Positions 14,728 to 28,639 of a stretch of 64,000 bases of DNA are shown here, in pieces. Position 1 is the stretch's first letter; the number at the start of each line of letters is the position of its first letter. The position numbers were made by a program, and so were the translations under genes. The stretch comes from Eledone cirrhosa. Taxonomy: Eukaryota. The stretch is from contig OZ024741.1 in assembly GCA_964016885.1 (NCBI GenBank), positions 273,730,001-273,794,000 of the forward strand, in the 5' to 3' direction. The notes below the pieces were generated by a model that saw only the letters and a program-made list of their open reading frames with translations, was not told where the DNA came from and made no database searches.

Positions 14728-15269
14728 ATATATATATATCTGTGCGTATGTATATCGTTCTGGTCACAGAAGAAGGGAAGATCTAAAAATTAACAATAGA
14801 ATATTTTCTAACATAACTACGATGTTGTAAAAAAACAAATATATCAATCTCTCTATCTATATATTAATGTGTGTGTACACGAAGGTCGTCATCCAAACTG
14901 ACAACAACTAGCCCTCTTGATCGCCTTCGAGTCAAAAACATTTTTCTCTGTTTTTTTTTTTATAGCCTCTTGGAATATGTTTGCCATTATTCATTTATTA
15001 TATAACTATTATGCAATATACACCTGATGATGTCACTAGGATCTTAAGGAAATTGGCCACTGTACATAGTGTTTGCCATTATAAATTTTTGAAGGAATTT
15101 CACCAGTCCGGCCTCCTGCCATTTTACTCAATAAAATACGTATGTATGTATGTATGTATGTATGTATGTATGTATGTATGTATGTATGTATGTATGTATG
15201 TATGTATGTATGTATGTTTGTTTGTATGTATGTATGTATGTATGTATGTATGTATGTATATATATATAA

Positions 15270-15985
15270 ATATAAGAAAAATGAAGTGCTGCGTGGTTGC
15301 ACATGGGTTACAGATGAATAAAATTAGTCCTTCATCAGTGATCTTCCAACCTTCATTGGTATTTCATCGCTTTAAAAAGCATATACCTCTGGCTGGTGCG
15401 AGCAATAACTAAATAAAGTTATTGGGACAAGTAAAATAGCGTGAAGCGAGCGAGACATGTAAACAAACAAAGATGGTATTGCAACGGAAAGATAGGAAGA
15501 GATAAGTACATGATATCTATAAGCTTAAGCTTGGTGAAATCATGGACGAATGATACAGACCATCCGACATGGGTGAGATGTGAGCGAGAAAAGGATTTCA
15601 CACAGGTCAAACGGAAGGAAGTGAGAGAAGGGGAGAAACAGAGAGTGAGTGAGTGGAAGTGTGAGGAAGAGGCCAGCTGAGAGAGAGTGTGACTGGTAGA
15701 GGGGGTAAAAAGGAGGTGAGAGATACAGAGCGAGGGGAAGCAGTAAGAAAGAAACAGACAATCGCAGCTGAGGAAAAAATATAAACATAAGAAAAAATGG
15801 AGTGCTGCGTGGTTGCACATGGGTTACATATGAATAAAATTAGTCCTTCATCAGTGATCTTCCAACCTTCATTGGTATTTCATCGCTTTAAAAATCATAT
15901 ACCTCTGGTTGGTGCGAGCAATAACTAAATAAAGTTATTGGGACAAGTAAAACAGCGTGAAGCGAGCGAGACATGTAAACAAATA
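15270..15985. repeat. Partial tandem duplication (period about 518 bp) of an interspersed repeat
   Basis: 15280-15470 repeated at 15797-15985; diverged inverted relative at about 27400-27595. Confidence 0.85.
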
Positions 15986-16122
15986 AAAGGCAGGGTTAGA
16001 TACTCATATTAATACTCATATTAAAATGAGTGTTATTATACGTCCACACGAAGCTAAGAATATATATACATATATAATAATATAAGGACGATTTGTTATA
16101 TACTTCATTACGTTTATTGAAT

Positions 16123-16207
16123 CGTGATGCGCGTTTCGCTATTGATCAACTCAAGTTTCGATCTGTATCGATCTGGCCCGACTCTGGAATCAAAAGCTCG
16201 TCGGACC
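16123..16207 (-). ncRNA. Hammerhead-like motif with long stem II, core mutated (CCGACGA)
   Basis: rc: CCGACGA GCTTTTGAT..ATCAATAGC GAAA CGCGCA TC; homologous to 28640-28727. Confidence 0.5.
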
Positions 16208-16275
16208 TCTGCTGTGGTAATGACAAAATGAACTAGTGTGTGTTACTTGCTCTCTCACATTATCTGTGTATATAT

Positions 16276-16336
<61 letters not shown>

Positions 16337-16386
16337 AAGATAATGTGAGAGAGCAAGTAACACACACACACACACACACAAACACA

Positions 16387-16485
<99 letters not shown>

Positions 16486-16606
16486 AGATAGAAAGATAGA
16501 TATGTTTCTTTATTAGCCACAGGGGCACAAAAGAAGGGGACAAATACAAAGGGGGAAGTTTACATACAATAAAAACGTGTAAAATGTTATCACAAATGCA
16601 ATAGAT

Positions 16607-16638
<32 letters not shown>

Positions 16639-16909
16639 TGATTAAGATTGTGAGACAGTCAGTGATCTAGGTAGTAGTGGCGGTAGTAGTGGTAGTGGTG
16701 AGAAATAACAGAAGGAGGTAGTGTTCTGCCACTAAGACGTCCTAATATAATCTACTACTAAAGCCTCCTCTAATTTACCTCCCACGTTGACACGAGAAAG
16801 GTTAACACTATTAAAATGTCATCTTATCCACAACTTCCCTCAGGTCAATCTCTCTATATTTCTATTACCTGTTCATGCCCATCCCATTTCACTTTAGAAA
16901 TAATAATAA

Positions 16910-17686
16910 TAATAATTGCTTCTACTTTAGGCACAAGGCCAGCAATTTGAAGGCGGAGAGGAAAGTCGATTAAATCGGCGCCACTGTGTGGCTGGTAATA
17001 AGATTAATAGTTTTTGATTGAGGCACAAAGCCAGCAATATTTAGGGGAGGGGAAAGTCGATTAAATCGACCCCAGTGCATTACTGGTGCTTTATTTTATC
17101 GATCACGTAAGGATGAAAAGCATAGTCAACCTCGGCGTGATCTGAACTCAGAACAAAAAGGACTGTAACTATATGCAGCAAAACATTTTGTCCGACGTCC
17201 TACCAGTACTGATAATTCATCACCCATTTTATAGTAATTGTTTCTACTTTTGGCACAAGGCCAACAATAACCCAGTACATTACTGGTATTTTATTTTATC
17301 GACCTATAAGGATGAAAGACAAAGGGCCGTAACTCTATGCGTCAAAGCATGGTGTCCGATCCTCTACCGATACTGCCAATCCATTACCCTTTTTATAATA
17401 ATTGTTTCTATATTTGGCACAAGGCCAGCACATACCCAGTGTATTACTGGTACTTTATTTTATCGACCCCGAAAGGATGAAAGGCAAAGTTAATCTCGGC
17501 GGGATTTGAACTCAGAATGCCAAGGACCGTACCCTTTTTATAATAATGGTTTCTAATTTAGGCACAAGACCAACAATTATGAGGGGGAGAAAGTCGATTA
17601 AATTAACACCAGTACATTAATGGTACTTTATTTTATCGATCCCGTAAGGATGAAAGGCAAAGTTAATCTCGTTCAGATTTGAACAC
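16910..17686 (-). mobile_element. Cluster of about 5 tandem or partial SINE copies
   Basis: Repeated GGCACAAGGCCAGCA..GTACTTTATTTTATCGACC..GGATGAAAGGC blocks. Confidence 0.88.
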
Positions 17687-17790
17687 GTACACATACATAC
17701 ATACATACATACATATAAACATACATACATATATACATACATATATACATACATACACACACACATACATACATATACATACATACATAC

Positions 17791-18290
17791 ATGATGGCTG
17801 CCCCCTCGTTATCGAGTATGGCCATTGCATGATATACCATTATTAATAATTATTAATTAATTCTATCGTGCAATGCCTGTGCGTGAAGATATTTTTTAAA
17901 GATATTTCTGAGCGACAGTAGCTATTACTCGAAAAGGAGAAAAGATCATCATCATCGGTGACTACTGAGCCGCAGGTTTTATATCGGAGTTATCCCAGTG
18001 TCCTGAGTTGCCTTCTCCCAGAAGAATGCTCTGATAAAGGCTAGGGGTCCGTCACTACCGTTGGTTTAACCGCGCGGTACAGGTGTATATACATATTGAC
18101 ACACTTTTGGATGGCCGTTGACTCTTATCAGTTCTTCCGCCCTTTGTCAGGTTTTGTTTTTTGTCCTGCAGGGGGTCCAAAATCACCCTCCTTACCAAGT
18201 AAACTTGCTGGGGTTGTCGGTTTAGTCGCCGACGACCCGACCATGCGACAGGTTGTACTGGGTTACATGTTACCAGTAGCCCTCAAGAGT
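17791..18290 (-). mobile_element. RTE-derived non-autonomous element, diverged subfamily
   Basis: 5' part matches 47040-47220; rc GGAGAAGGCAACTCAGGA resembles the family GGAGAAGGAAAACTCTGA motif; (ATGT)n tail. Confidence 0.65.
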
Positions 18291-18309
18291 GCATACATAC
18301 ATACATACA

Positions 18310-18340
<31 letters not shown>

Positions 18341-18342
<2 letters not shown>

Positions 18343-18801
18343 GGTGGTGGCTGCCAACTCGTTTTCGAGTACGGCCACTACTTTATATCCATGTAGGAGA
18401 ACCCCTACCGATGCGCTGAACGAGTGTGACTTTTTAGTCCAGCCAGCGACTTGAAAACTCAGGTACAAACACTACACTTGCGACAATTATTGACACATAG
18501 TGCTGGGCCCATGGTACCATGTGACGACAAGTGTAGAGAGATCTCCATAATATAAAGCTATGCCTGTGCCGTGAAGCTTTTATAGTGAGCAAAGGCACTG
18601 CACAAAGCCAGTCCCAATCTCTTAACCAAGATGATATTTACCAAGAAGAAGAACAAGTCAACATCATTGGATACCATCAGGGTTGCAGGTGTTATATCAG
18701 AGTTTTCCTTTTCCTAGAATTCTGCCTTGACAAAGGCTAAGGGGTCATCTCTCCCGGTGATTTTGGATGGCCATTGACTCTTAAGAGCTCCTTTGCCTTT
18801 G
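18341..18801 (-). mobile_element. RTE-derived non-autonomous element
   Basis: Near-identical to 46626-47080 and rc of 32348-32758; carries the RTE-type terminal zinc-finger remnant C..C..VFKSLAGLKSH. Confidence 0.8.
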
Positions 18802-18823
18802 CATACATACATACATACATACA

Positions 18824-19860
18824 GTGAATCCATGGATGAAAAACTGCATGCTTAGCAAAAAATCATGCATGGATATGTTGCCAGGAAGCTCCAGAGTGAG
18901 AGTAATATAGATAAGGAAAGTAGTCTATCTTGGACCAACAACCGCTATATTGGCTCTCACTTTGAAGGATACGCTTTTGCAATCCAAGAACAGGAGATTA
19001 ACACGAAATACCTGATTCACAAAAGAGGTAGGGAGGCAGGCAAAACACCTAGATGTGATAACAGGTGCAGACTCTGCAGAACTAACATCGAGGATATCAC
19101 CAATGTCATCAGCAGCTGTCCAAAGATGTCATCGCGCTACTATCTACCTATGAGGCATGATGTAGTGGCCAAAACACTGTACAATGCAGTTCGTAAAAAA
19201 GATAGCCCCGATAATAAACACATTAAAAGCTACAGCAATGTGGAAGACATCCATGTACATAATATGAAAGAGTACTGGTGGAACGATCCAGTAAAAACCC
19301 CAATAAAATGCAGACATAACAGACCAGATAATATGATATGGGACAGGGAGAAGAAAGCATGTACAGTAGTGGAAATTAGCTGCCCAGCAGATGCCAATAT
19401 AATATCAAAGATTAGTGAAAAGGAGAATATTTATGCAAAACTGATAAGAAATCTGCAGATACTCCACCCTGATTACACCTTCAGATTTATGCCTGTGATT
19501 ATTAGGGCACTGGAATATGTTAGTAACTGCCTCAATACAAATCTTGAGAAGCAAGGCTTCACAGGAACAGTAAGAACACAACTAGTTAGGAAAATGCAAG
19601 TACAATCCATTAATGGAACAGTAAAAATATGTAAAACATTCCACATTCCAAAAATGTTGCATCTAATAACTGCATATACACATGTACAGATGCAAAGCAT
19701 ATACACATGCACACATACAACTCAAAACATACACATACACACATACAATACCATCCATATCTACACATGCATGCATACATATCTACCTTGTTGATGTTGT
19801 GTAAATTCCAATGAGAGAGTCTTGTGTCTATGTTAGAAACCAACTTATAAAACCAGAAGA
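18824..19860 (+). mobile_element. 5'-truncated R4/Dong-clade element (CCHC plus endonuclease) in (ACAT)n
   Basis: ORF 18865..19794: AIQEQEI, CRLC..EDITNVISSC, RHD, HNRPD, EISCP, EKENIY; (ACAT)n on both sides. Confidence 0.9.
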
Positions 19861-19894
19861 ACATACATACATACATACATACATACATACATTT

Positions 19895-21031
19895 ATACAA
19901 ACATGCTGAACTGGTCATTGCAAGAACTAAGTGAGATGGATGTTAGAACTCGCAAACTTCTCAGTGTTACTGGGAACTTAACATCGATGGTGATGTGGAT
20001 AGGCTATACTTCTCATGCAAGGAAGGTGGCCGCGGTCTAAAATCCATATTAACATCATATGAGACCCGGATAGTAACACTGAAGCAACACCTTCAACAGA
20101 GGTTTATGAGCATGAAAAAAAATATCATTAGAATAGCGACTGATCTGGAGGAGAGATATGGAATAAAGCCTGATATAAATCTCTCACCCAGAGAAATCGG
20201 AAGATCCTATTCAATGTTCAAACAAGATGAAAAAATTGACCAATTTACAGAAAAAGTTGTGCATGGATACTTGAGACGTAAAACACAGACCATAGAGGGG
20301 ATAAACCACTCAAAATGCCTGGCATGGAGTGCCGACAAGTTCATGACATCACACCTTGAGGGATATCTCTATGCAATACAGGAACAAGAACTCCCTACCA
20401 AATATCTGCTGCACAAAAGGGGAGGATGTAAGCCACATTGTTGCCAGCTGCGAAAGAATGTCATCTCGCTACTACCTCCCCATGAGACCCGATGGGATAT
20501 CTAGAACCATCTGGAACGCACTTCGGAAAACAAAATTAACAACAAACGAGGAAGAATATATTGAGACAGATGTCACTAATGAATACTGGTGGAACCTGAA
20601 AATAAAAACTGCCACCAAATTAAAGCACAACCGGCCTGATATTGTTGTTTGGGACCACACATTGAAAACGTGTTCTGTTGTGGAGATCAGCTGCCCACTT
20701 GATGTAAACTTTGTCAGAAAAATACAGGAGAAGGAGGACATCTATGGACCATTGATGAGGAGTTTACAAATCCAGTATCCAAGATACACCATTATTGGAG
20801 CTACGGGTTATGTACCAACCCGCTTGGACCAAAGTATGACTGAACATGGATTTGCGGACAAAGAGCGTAGCTCCCTAATTCATAGTCTACAAATGGCTGC
20901 GATAGCTGGCACCTTCAAAATTTGCAAAACATTCTTGCGATTCAAGGGATGACAATTTCTTTTCTTTTACAACTTTGCCACCAGGAAGGTGGTCGGTCAA
21001 AAAAATATACTCGAAATTAAGAGAAAGAGAA
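19895..21031 (+). mobile_element. Second, diverged R4/Dong-clade fragment in (ACAT)n, frameshifted
   Basis: DRLY..KEGGRGL, AIQEQEL, SHIVASC, HNRPDIVVWD, EISCP, ICKTFL; followed by (ACAT)n at 21032-21128. Confidence 0.9.
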
Positions 21032-21271
21032 TACATACATACATACATACATACATACATACATACATACATACATACATACATACATACATACATACAT
21101 ACATACATACATACATACATACATACATCTGACGTTTTGAATTTTATGTTCTGATGAAATAATAAAAAGAGCGGACCACTTGGGGTGAAATAATTGTGCC
21201 TGTATTGGAAATATATTTAACTTTAGTCAGGACCATTTCCTATTTCTTGTAGGTGGAGCAGAAATTTATAT

Positions 21272-21691
21272 ATGACTGGTCATGGAAAATGAGGAAAAGA
21301 TTGATAAAAGGCTGCGCTAAGCGTTAATGGTATTGTGAGATAAAACCCAGAGTATTACTAAGTCTGCCGCCCATCGTCTTGCTCGTTGGGGTAGTGTAAA
21401 AAGGTATCTCTGGTTTGATCTACAAATAGACTGGTGGTGTATTGAAAAACGTCAAGAGAGGATTGGTCCGGGGTGGATTTGGAGATTCTTCTCCTAATGA
21501 AACAGGACAAACTCAAAAACATCCCGGATCACGTTCGCCATGAAGACGGGTCCGCCATACAAGTGGTCACTGGAATATGTTATACGTGATGCCGTCACCT
21601 ACACCGAGCTAACAGGAAGACTGTCACCGCTATAGATGTTATCTATGATCTGAACACGCAAGGAAAATCTTTATTTGCTTTGGAGAATTAA
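21272..21691 (+). pseudogene. H4: Histone H4 pseudogene with about 120-bp insertion
   Basis: Manual translation MTGHGK*GK..KGCAKR..ITKSAAHRLARWGSVKR.SGLIYK*TGGVLK [insert 21448-21569] LEYVIRDAVTYTE..RKTVTAIDVIYDLNTQGKSL..FG is colinear with canonical H4; degenerate histone stem-loop GATCATTTTCAGGGCC at 21768-21783. Confidence 0.92.
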
Positions 21692-21877
21692 ACTTTCCAT
21701 TTTTACTTACCAACCAAAATAGATTTTTTTCTTACTATTTAGTCAGGGAGAAAAAGGCAGAGCCCATGATCATTTTCAGGGCCTCTGTGAGTTGTGGGAG
21801 CGAGAAAGGTATCCTCATACTGGAGATCTAGTTTCAATACTTGCAGCGTAGTAGGTGAGTTAAATGTATTCCAAGGA

Positions 21878-22700
21878 CGGGGTTGTGGTTTTAAACCTGG
21901 CAGCGGATGTACCCATTAGTCCGGGTTGTGGTCCTAAACCGCGCAACAGATTTCATTTACCCATTAGACCGGGTAGTGGTCTTAAACCGGGCAACGTATT
22001 TACCCATTAGACCGGGTAGTGGTCTTAAACCAGGCAACAGATTTACCCATTAGACCAGGTAGTGGTCTTAAACTGGGCAACGTATTTACCCATTAGACCG
22101 GGTAGTGGTCTTAAACCAGGCAACAGATTTACCCATTAGACCAGGTAGTGGTCTTAAACTGGGCAACGTATTTACCCATTAGACCGGGTAGTGGTCTTAA
22201 ACTGGGCAACGTATTTACCCATTAGACCAGGTAGTGGTCTTAAACTGGGCAACGTATTTACCCATTATACCAGGTAGTGGTTTTAAACTGGGTAACGTAT
22301 TTACCCATTAGACCAGGTAGTGGTCTTAAACTGGGCAACGTATTTACCCATTATACCAGGTAGTGGTCTTAAACTGGGCAACGTATTTACCCATTATACC
22401 AGGTAGTGGTTTTAAACTGGGCAACGTATTTACCCATTAGACCAGGTAGTGGTCTTAAACCGGGCAACAGATTTACCCATTAGACCAGGTAGTGGTCTTA
22501 AACTGGGTAACGTATTTACCCATTAGACCAGGTAGTGGTCTTAAACTGGGCAACGTATTTACCCATTATACCAGGTAGTGGTTTTAAACTGGGTAACGTA
22601 TTTACCCATTAGACCAGGTAGTGGTCTTAAACTGGGCAACGTATTTACCCATTAGACCAGGTAGTGGTCTTAAACTGGGCAACGTATTTACCCATTAGCA
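21878..22700. repeat. 43-bp minisatellite, about 19 copies
   Basis: Unit TACCCATTAGACCAGGTAGTGGTCTTAAACTGGGCAACGTATT (starts 21958, 22001, ...). Confidence 0.96.
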
Positions 22701-22934
22701 AGGTGGGCGGGCTGTGACACCTTTGAGGTTAGAGCTGACAGCAGATGGTTTGTGTGTGATTTCTTACATAGGCTCAATACTAATCTATTAGGGAGATAAC
22801 AATTGATTAAATTGACCCTAGTACATGACAAGGTACGAGGTACTCTATTCCATCGGTTCTGGTAGATCGAAAGGTAAAATTGAACTTGGATATTTAGTTC
22901 AGCATTCTCACCATTCTACTAATCCACCATAATA

Positions 22935-23124
22935 ATAATTGTTTCTACTTTTGGCACAAGGCCAGCAATTACCCAGTGCATTACTGGTACTTTATTTTAT
23001 CCACCCCATAAGGATGAAAGGTAAAGTTAATCTCGACGGGATTTGAACTCAGACCGTAGAGGGGTGCAACTATGCTAGAAAGTATGGCGTGCAACCCACT
23101 ACCGATACTGCCAATTCACCGCCT
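22935..23124 (-). mobile_element. tRNA-headed SINE
   Basis: Full head, core and tail; degenerate copy at about 22790-22930. Confidence 0.88.
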
Positions 23125-23883
23125 TAATAATCTCCACCATAATAATAATGATGGTGATGATGATGGTGATGATGATGATGGTGGTGATGGTGATGATAAT
23201 GATGATGATGGTGGTGATGGTGTGATGGTGTGATAGTGGTGATGATGATGATGGTGGTGATGGTGTGATGGTGGTGATGGTGATGATGATGATGATGATG
23301 GTGGTGATGGTGTGATGGTGGTGATGGTGATGATGATGATGGTGTGATGGTGGTGATGGTGATGATGATGATGATGATGATGATGGTAGTGGTGATGGTG
23401 GTGATGGTGTCGACGATGAAGGTGATGATGATGATGATGATGGTGATGGTGATGATGATGATGGTGGTAGCGATGATGATGATGGTGATGATGATGATGG
23501 TGATGATGATGGTGATGATGATGATGAGGACCAGTGATGGTTTCTCGCGTAGGTACAAAGCCTCGGGCGTGGGTTGGTGTGGTGGTGGTGAAGGAATTGG
23601 TAGGGAGTGGTAGTAGGGGTTGTGGTTGTAGTAAAGGTATTGGTAGAAGCAGATGTAGCAGGGATGGTAGTAGATATGGTGGTGGTACCGATGGCGGTGG
23701 TATGGCGGTGGTACCGATGGCGGTGGTGCCGATGGTGTAAAGGTTTAATGGACTTTGGTGGTGTATGAATGATTAATAAAAGTAAATTTATGTCGTGATT
23801 GGAGAAATTGTTTTTATTAAAAATCATATTAAATCCCCTCAGGTTGAGTGTTTATTATCATTATTGTTGTTAACACCCTCCCC

Positions 23884-23945
<62 letters not shown>

Positions 23946-24556
23946 AACTCCCATACACACACTCTTTCTCTCTCACACACACACATATACACCAACACAG
24001 ACACACACACACCAACACAAACACGCCAACACACACACACACAAACCCGCACACACACAACCCCTCTTTCTCTCTCACACACACACGCACACACCAACAC
24101 ACACACAAACCACCATACACACTCTCTCTCACACTCACATACACGCACACACACATACACCAACACACACACCAACACACACACCAACAGACACACACAT
24201 ACCAACACACACCAACACAAACACACACAAACATCAACACACACCAACAAACACACACCAACACACCAACACACACACACACACCAACACATCAACACAC
24301 ACATACACACATCAACAGACACACACACACCAATACACACCAACACACACACACACATCAACACACACACAAACACACCAACACACACACACACACACAC
24401 ACAAACACACCAACACACACACAAACACACACTCACTCTACGTTTTCTTCCTGGCCGCCATGTCTTTCTTGATGTAAACACTTTCTGGTTAATAAAGAAA
24501 CCATTATTATTAATTTTATTGTAATTATTTTAATAATTATTCTGATTATTATTATT

Positions 24557-25243
24557 GGGAGGCGGATTGGTAGAATCGGTAGAGCGTCGGACACCATGTT
24601 TTGTAACATAGAGTTATGGCCCTTTACGTTCTCAGTTCAAATCCTTCCGAGGTTATAGCTTTGCCTTTCATCATTACGGGGTCGTTAAAATAAAGCACCA
24701 GTAATGCACTGGGTTCGATTTAAATGTGTTTCCCTTCCCCAAAAAATTGCTGGCCTTGTGCCTAAAGCAGAAACAGTTACTATTGTTATTTATTATTGTT
24801 ATTTATTAACGGGCGGTGGATTGGCAGTATCGGTAGAGAGTCGGACGTCATGCTTTCCAACATAGTTACGTCCCTTTACGATCTGAGTTCAAATCCCGCC
24901 GAGGTTCACTTTGCTTTTCATCCTTACGGGGTCGATAAAATAAAGTACCAGTGACGCACTGGAGTCGATTTAATCGATTTACCCTCGCCCAAATTACTGG
25001 CCTTGTGCCTATACGAGAAATCATTACTTTAAGGGGGGTGGATTGGCAGTATCGGTAGAGGGTCGAGCGCCATGCTTTGCAGCATAGAGTTACGGCCCTT
25101 TATGAACTGAGTTCAAATCCCGCCGAGGTTAACTTTGCCTTTCATCCTTACGAGGTCGATAAAATAAAGTACCAGTCACGCACTGGGGTCGATTTAATCG
25201 ACTTCATCCTCCACCAAAATTGCTGGCCTATATAAGAAACCAT
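24557..25243 (+). mobile_element. Three tandem SINE copies
   Basis: Starts at about 24557, 24810, 25032, each with A/B boxes and core. Confidence 0.9.
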
Positions 25244-25693
25244 TTATTAAAACACGATGATTTTTTTTTTCTCTATTCAATATGTTGTTTTTTTTAAATT
25301 CAACTTACAACATATATGTCAGTGTCTCGACTATTTCTGGAAAAAATTGGTCAGCTGATTCTGAGAGAATAGTAATTTTATCAATCTCTACCCCACCCCC
25401 ACTCTTCCACTTCCACACCTTCATCTCTCCGCGTCCGACACCTCCACACCAACGCCATCTCTCCCTAAGCACGTTTCTAATAATTTCCGGTTTTTCCCCC
25501 GCTAGGGGGCTGTCGTCAATAGTCTTATTCTAGATGTCATATCTGCATTTATCAGCTGTAGTCGAACACGAAACACACACACACACACATACACACACAC
25601 ATACACACACATATATATTTGTATGTGTGTGTGTGTATATACATACATCTATATGTAATGTATATATATATATTAATACATATATGTATATGC

Positions 25694-25727
<34 letters not shown>

Positions 25728-25932
25728 GAATATGTATATATATATACATATAAATATATACATATATACATATATATACATATAAATATATATATACATA
25801 TAAATGCATATATATATGTATATTTATGCATATATCTATACAAACACACACACATACACACACATGTATATATATATATATTTAAATACATATATGTTTA
25901 CACACACACACACACGCACACACTCACACACT

Positions 25933-25966
<34 letters not shown>

Positions 25967-26274
25967 CATACATATACATATATATATATATATATCAATG
26001 CAGACACATTTATGTATTTATAGATATATTTGTTGTGTTTTTAATTAATATTCATTATTTATCTGTTAATATTTTCTTGTTTACATACACAGACGCACAC
26101 ACACACATATATATATATAGATATGTATATATACACACACACACACACACATATAGATATGCATATATACACACACATATATAGATATGTATATACACAC
26201 AGACACAGACACACACACTCACACACATATAGATATCTATATACACACATGCACATATATATATACATATATAC

Positions 26275-26357
<83 letters not shown>

Positions 26358-27205
26358 CACACACGCATATATTGATATATATGCCGTCGGGCACTAAATT
26401 TCCACTACACCCCACCACACATATATATATATATATATATATACATACATAAATATATATATATATATATAATGTATGTATATATACGTGTATATGTATG
26501 CATGTATATTTATATGTCTATGTACATGCATGCATATATATATCCATACAGACATATATACACATACAAATAACTATATTTCATCATACAGTGAAATTAT
26601 TTGAAAATAATTTCTATTTCTAGTTAACTAATTTAATCTCACCAATAGAAATACTTAATTAAAATTTATTTAAAGATTTATAAAGTTTTCACTAACTATT
26701 CTGTTTATTAAATTAATTTTAGTCTGGAAAGGTCAGTTTAAGATAAAGAACTATTATTAATATATAACAGGAAGATTCGAGAATTCTATCGAAATCGGTG
26801 TATAAATATATCGATCTATGTTTAAATATATCCAGTTCACAGTATACAGAGTTTTTCGTTTACTAACGTCCTCTCACGACGTGTCTGTTTATATATATAT
26901 ATAATATATATAATGGCGAAGGGTAACCTGGAAAGCAGGGCATGCAGTCCAATCGCCATGGCAGAAAGTGGGGCTGTGCAGCCTTAGCCCTCCCCCCAAT
27001 TCCCTCTAAATGACGGTCCCGGTCAAAGCCGCATGTAGTGTTATCTAGTGTATGTGTGTGTGTGTTATCTTTTTATGCCTCTACGATTTAGTAGGCAGCC
27101 AAAATTCTATATAATATATCCAGTTCACAGTATATGGAGAGTTTCCTTTACTAATATCCTCTTACGTGTCTGTTTATATCTTCACATAGCCTGATATTAT
27201 TGCAC

Positions 27206-27264
<59 letters not shown>

Positions 27265-27591
27265 ATTCATATATATATATATATATTTGGATTCATCTCG
27301 AAAGGTCTTTTTTCTACGCGCTCATATATTCACCCAGCTTATGCTGACAGAATAACTATGTAGCTTGTTCCCTTCCTATCTACGGTTAGCTTTCCTCTTT
27401 GTTGTTACTTGTCTCACTCGCTTTACGCGTTTTAATTGTCCTAATAACTTAATTTAGTTATTATTGCACCAACGTGAGGTATATGATTTTTAATGCAATG
27501 AAATATCTATGATCGTTGGCAAATCACTGATGAGGGACTCATTTTATAATATGTTATCCATGTGCAACCTGCAGTATTCTTCTCCCCATTT

Positions 27592-27635
<44 letters not shown>

Positions 27636-27638
<3 letters not shown>

Positions 27639-27919
27639 GGAAAAGAATGAAACGAAATTTCATTTCTCACTCTTAGTACGGCTGATACCTAAATATAAGT
27701 ATGTATACGTACATACATATATGTATACAGACATACCGTAGTATGTATATATATACATACATGCACATATATATATATACATACATATATATATATATAC
27801 ATACATATATATACAGACATATATATATATACATATATGTATGTACGTATACATACTTACATTTAGGTATCAGCCGAACTAAGAGTGAGAAATTTCATTT
27901 CATTTCATTCTTTTCCATT
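27636..27919. repeat. Inverted repeat pair of about 85 bp around a TA/CA-rich spacer
   Basis: 27636-27720 is rc of 27835-27919. Confidence 0.8.
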
Positions 27920-28266
27920 TATCGTTTTCGGTGCGCCCGGCCGACTAACTCACTCGATATGCAAATTAGGCTGCTCAGCCGTTAATATGCATAAGGAAAG
28001 TATATACTTTCAGACGTTCAATCATCTGACAGAAAAGTATACGATACTGACGATAGCTAATAAGCTTGAAACTAGTACATCGTTCCTGTGTCAGTGTTGA
28101 ACAAAAAGGCGACGATGGTTGCCGAACACTGTACGGCATAATTCGGGCTGTTTGCTTACGAACAAACCGAACATTATAATAAATGTTCGGTAAACCCATA
28201 CGTACATATATATATGTGTGCATGTGTGTATATATATACATACTGCGTCTGTACACATACGTGTAT

Positions 28267-28470
28267 GTACGACTGAGGTTAGCTGGACATGCTCACCGAC
28301 ATCCAGAGTTGACATTGCACTCAGTGCTCCTGTGGGATCCCCTACATGGACACACTGGAAGAGGAAGACCAAGGTTAACGTATGTTGATGCCCTATGGTC
28401 TGTTGGAGACGCAGGACATGGCAGCGATAATGAGGGACAGAGACCGCTGGAGAGAACTCGTCCATGGATC
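28267..28470 (+). mobile_element. 3' fragment of an RTE/RTEX-type LINE
   Basis: RLRLAGHAHRHPE..VLLWDPLHGHTGRGRPRLTYVD, typical RTE-group C-terminus. Confidence 0.75.
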
Positions 28471-28639
28471 TCGGGAATTTTACCCGCCTTAGATATATAG
28501 GTGTTAAGGTGCAAGTGAATTGCATCCATAGGCGGTATGGCGAATATGCACTCGATGCCCTTGGGGAGCAGAGTATCAATAGTATTAATATATAACAACA
28601 AAGAATCACTGTTGCATCATCATATACATATTTAATTAT

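Noticed and set aside
21145-21205. CTGATGA..GAAATAATTGTG as a hammerhead
   Set aside because: No stem II, G at the cleavage position, poor helix I
26913-27040. GC-richer island resembling a twister ribozyme or RTE 5'UTR, between diverged direct repeats of about 70 bp
   Set aside because: Conserved twister pseudoknot elements could not be assigned
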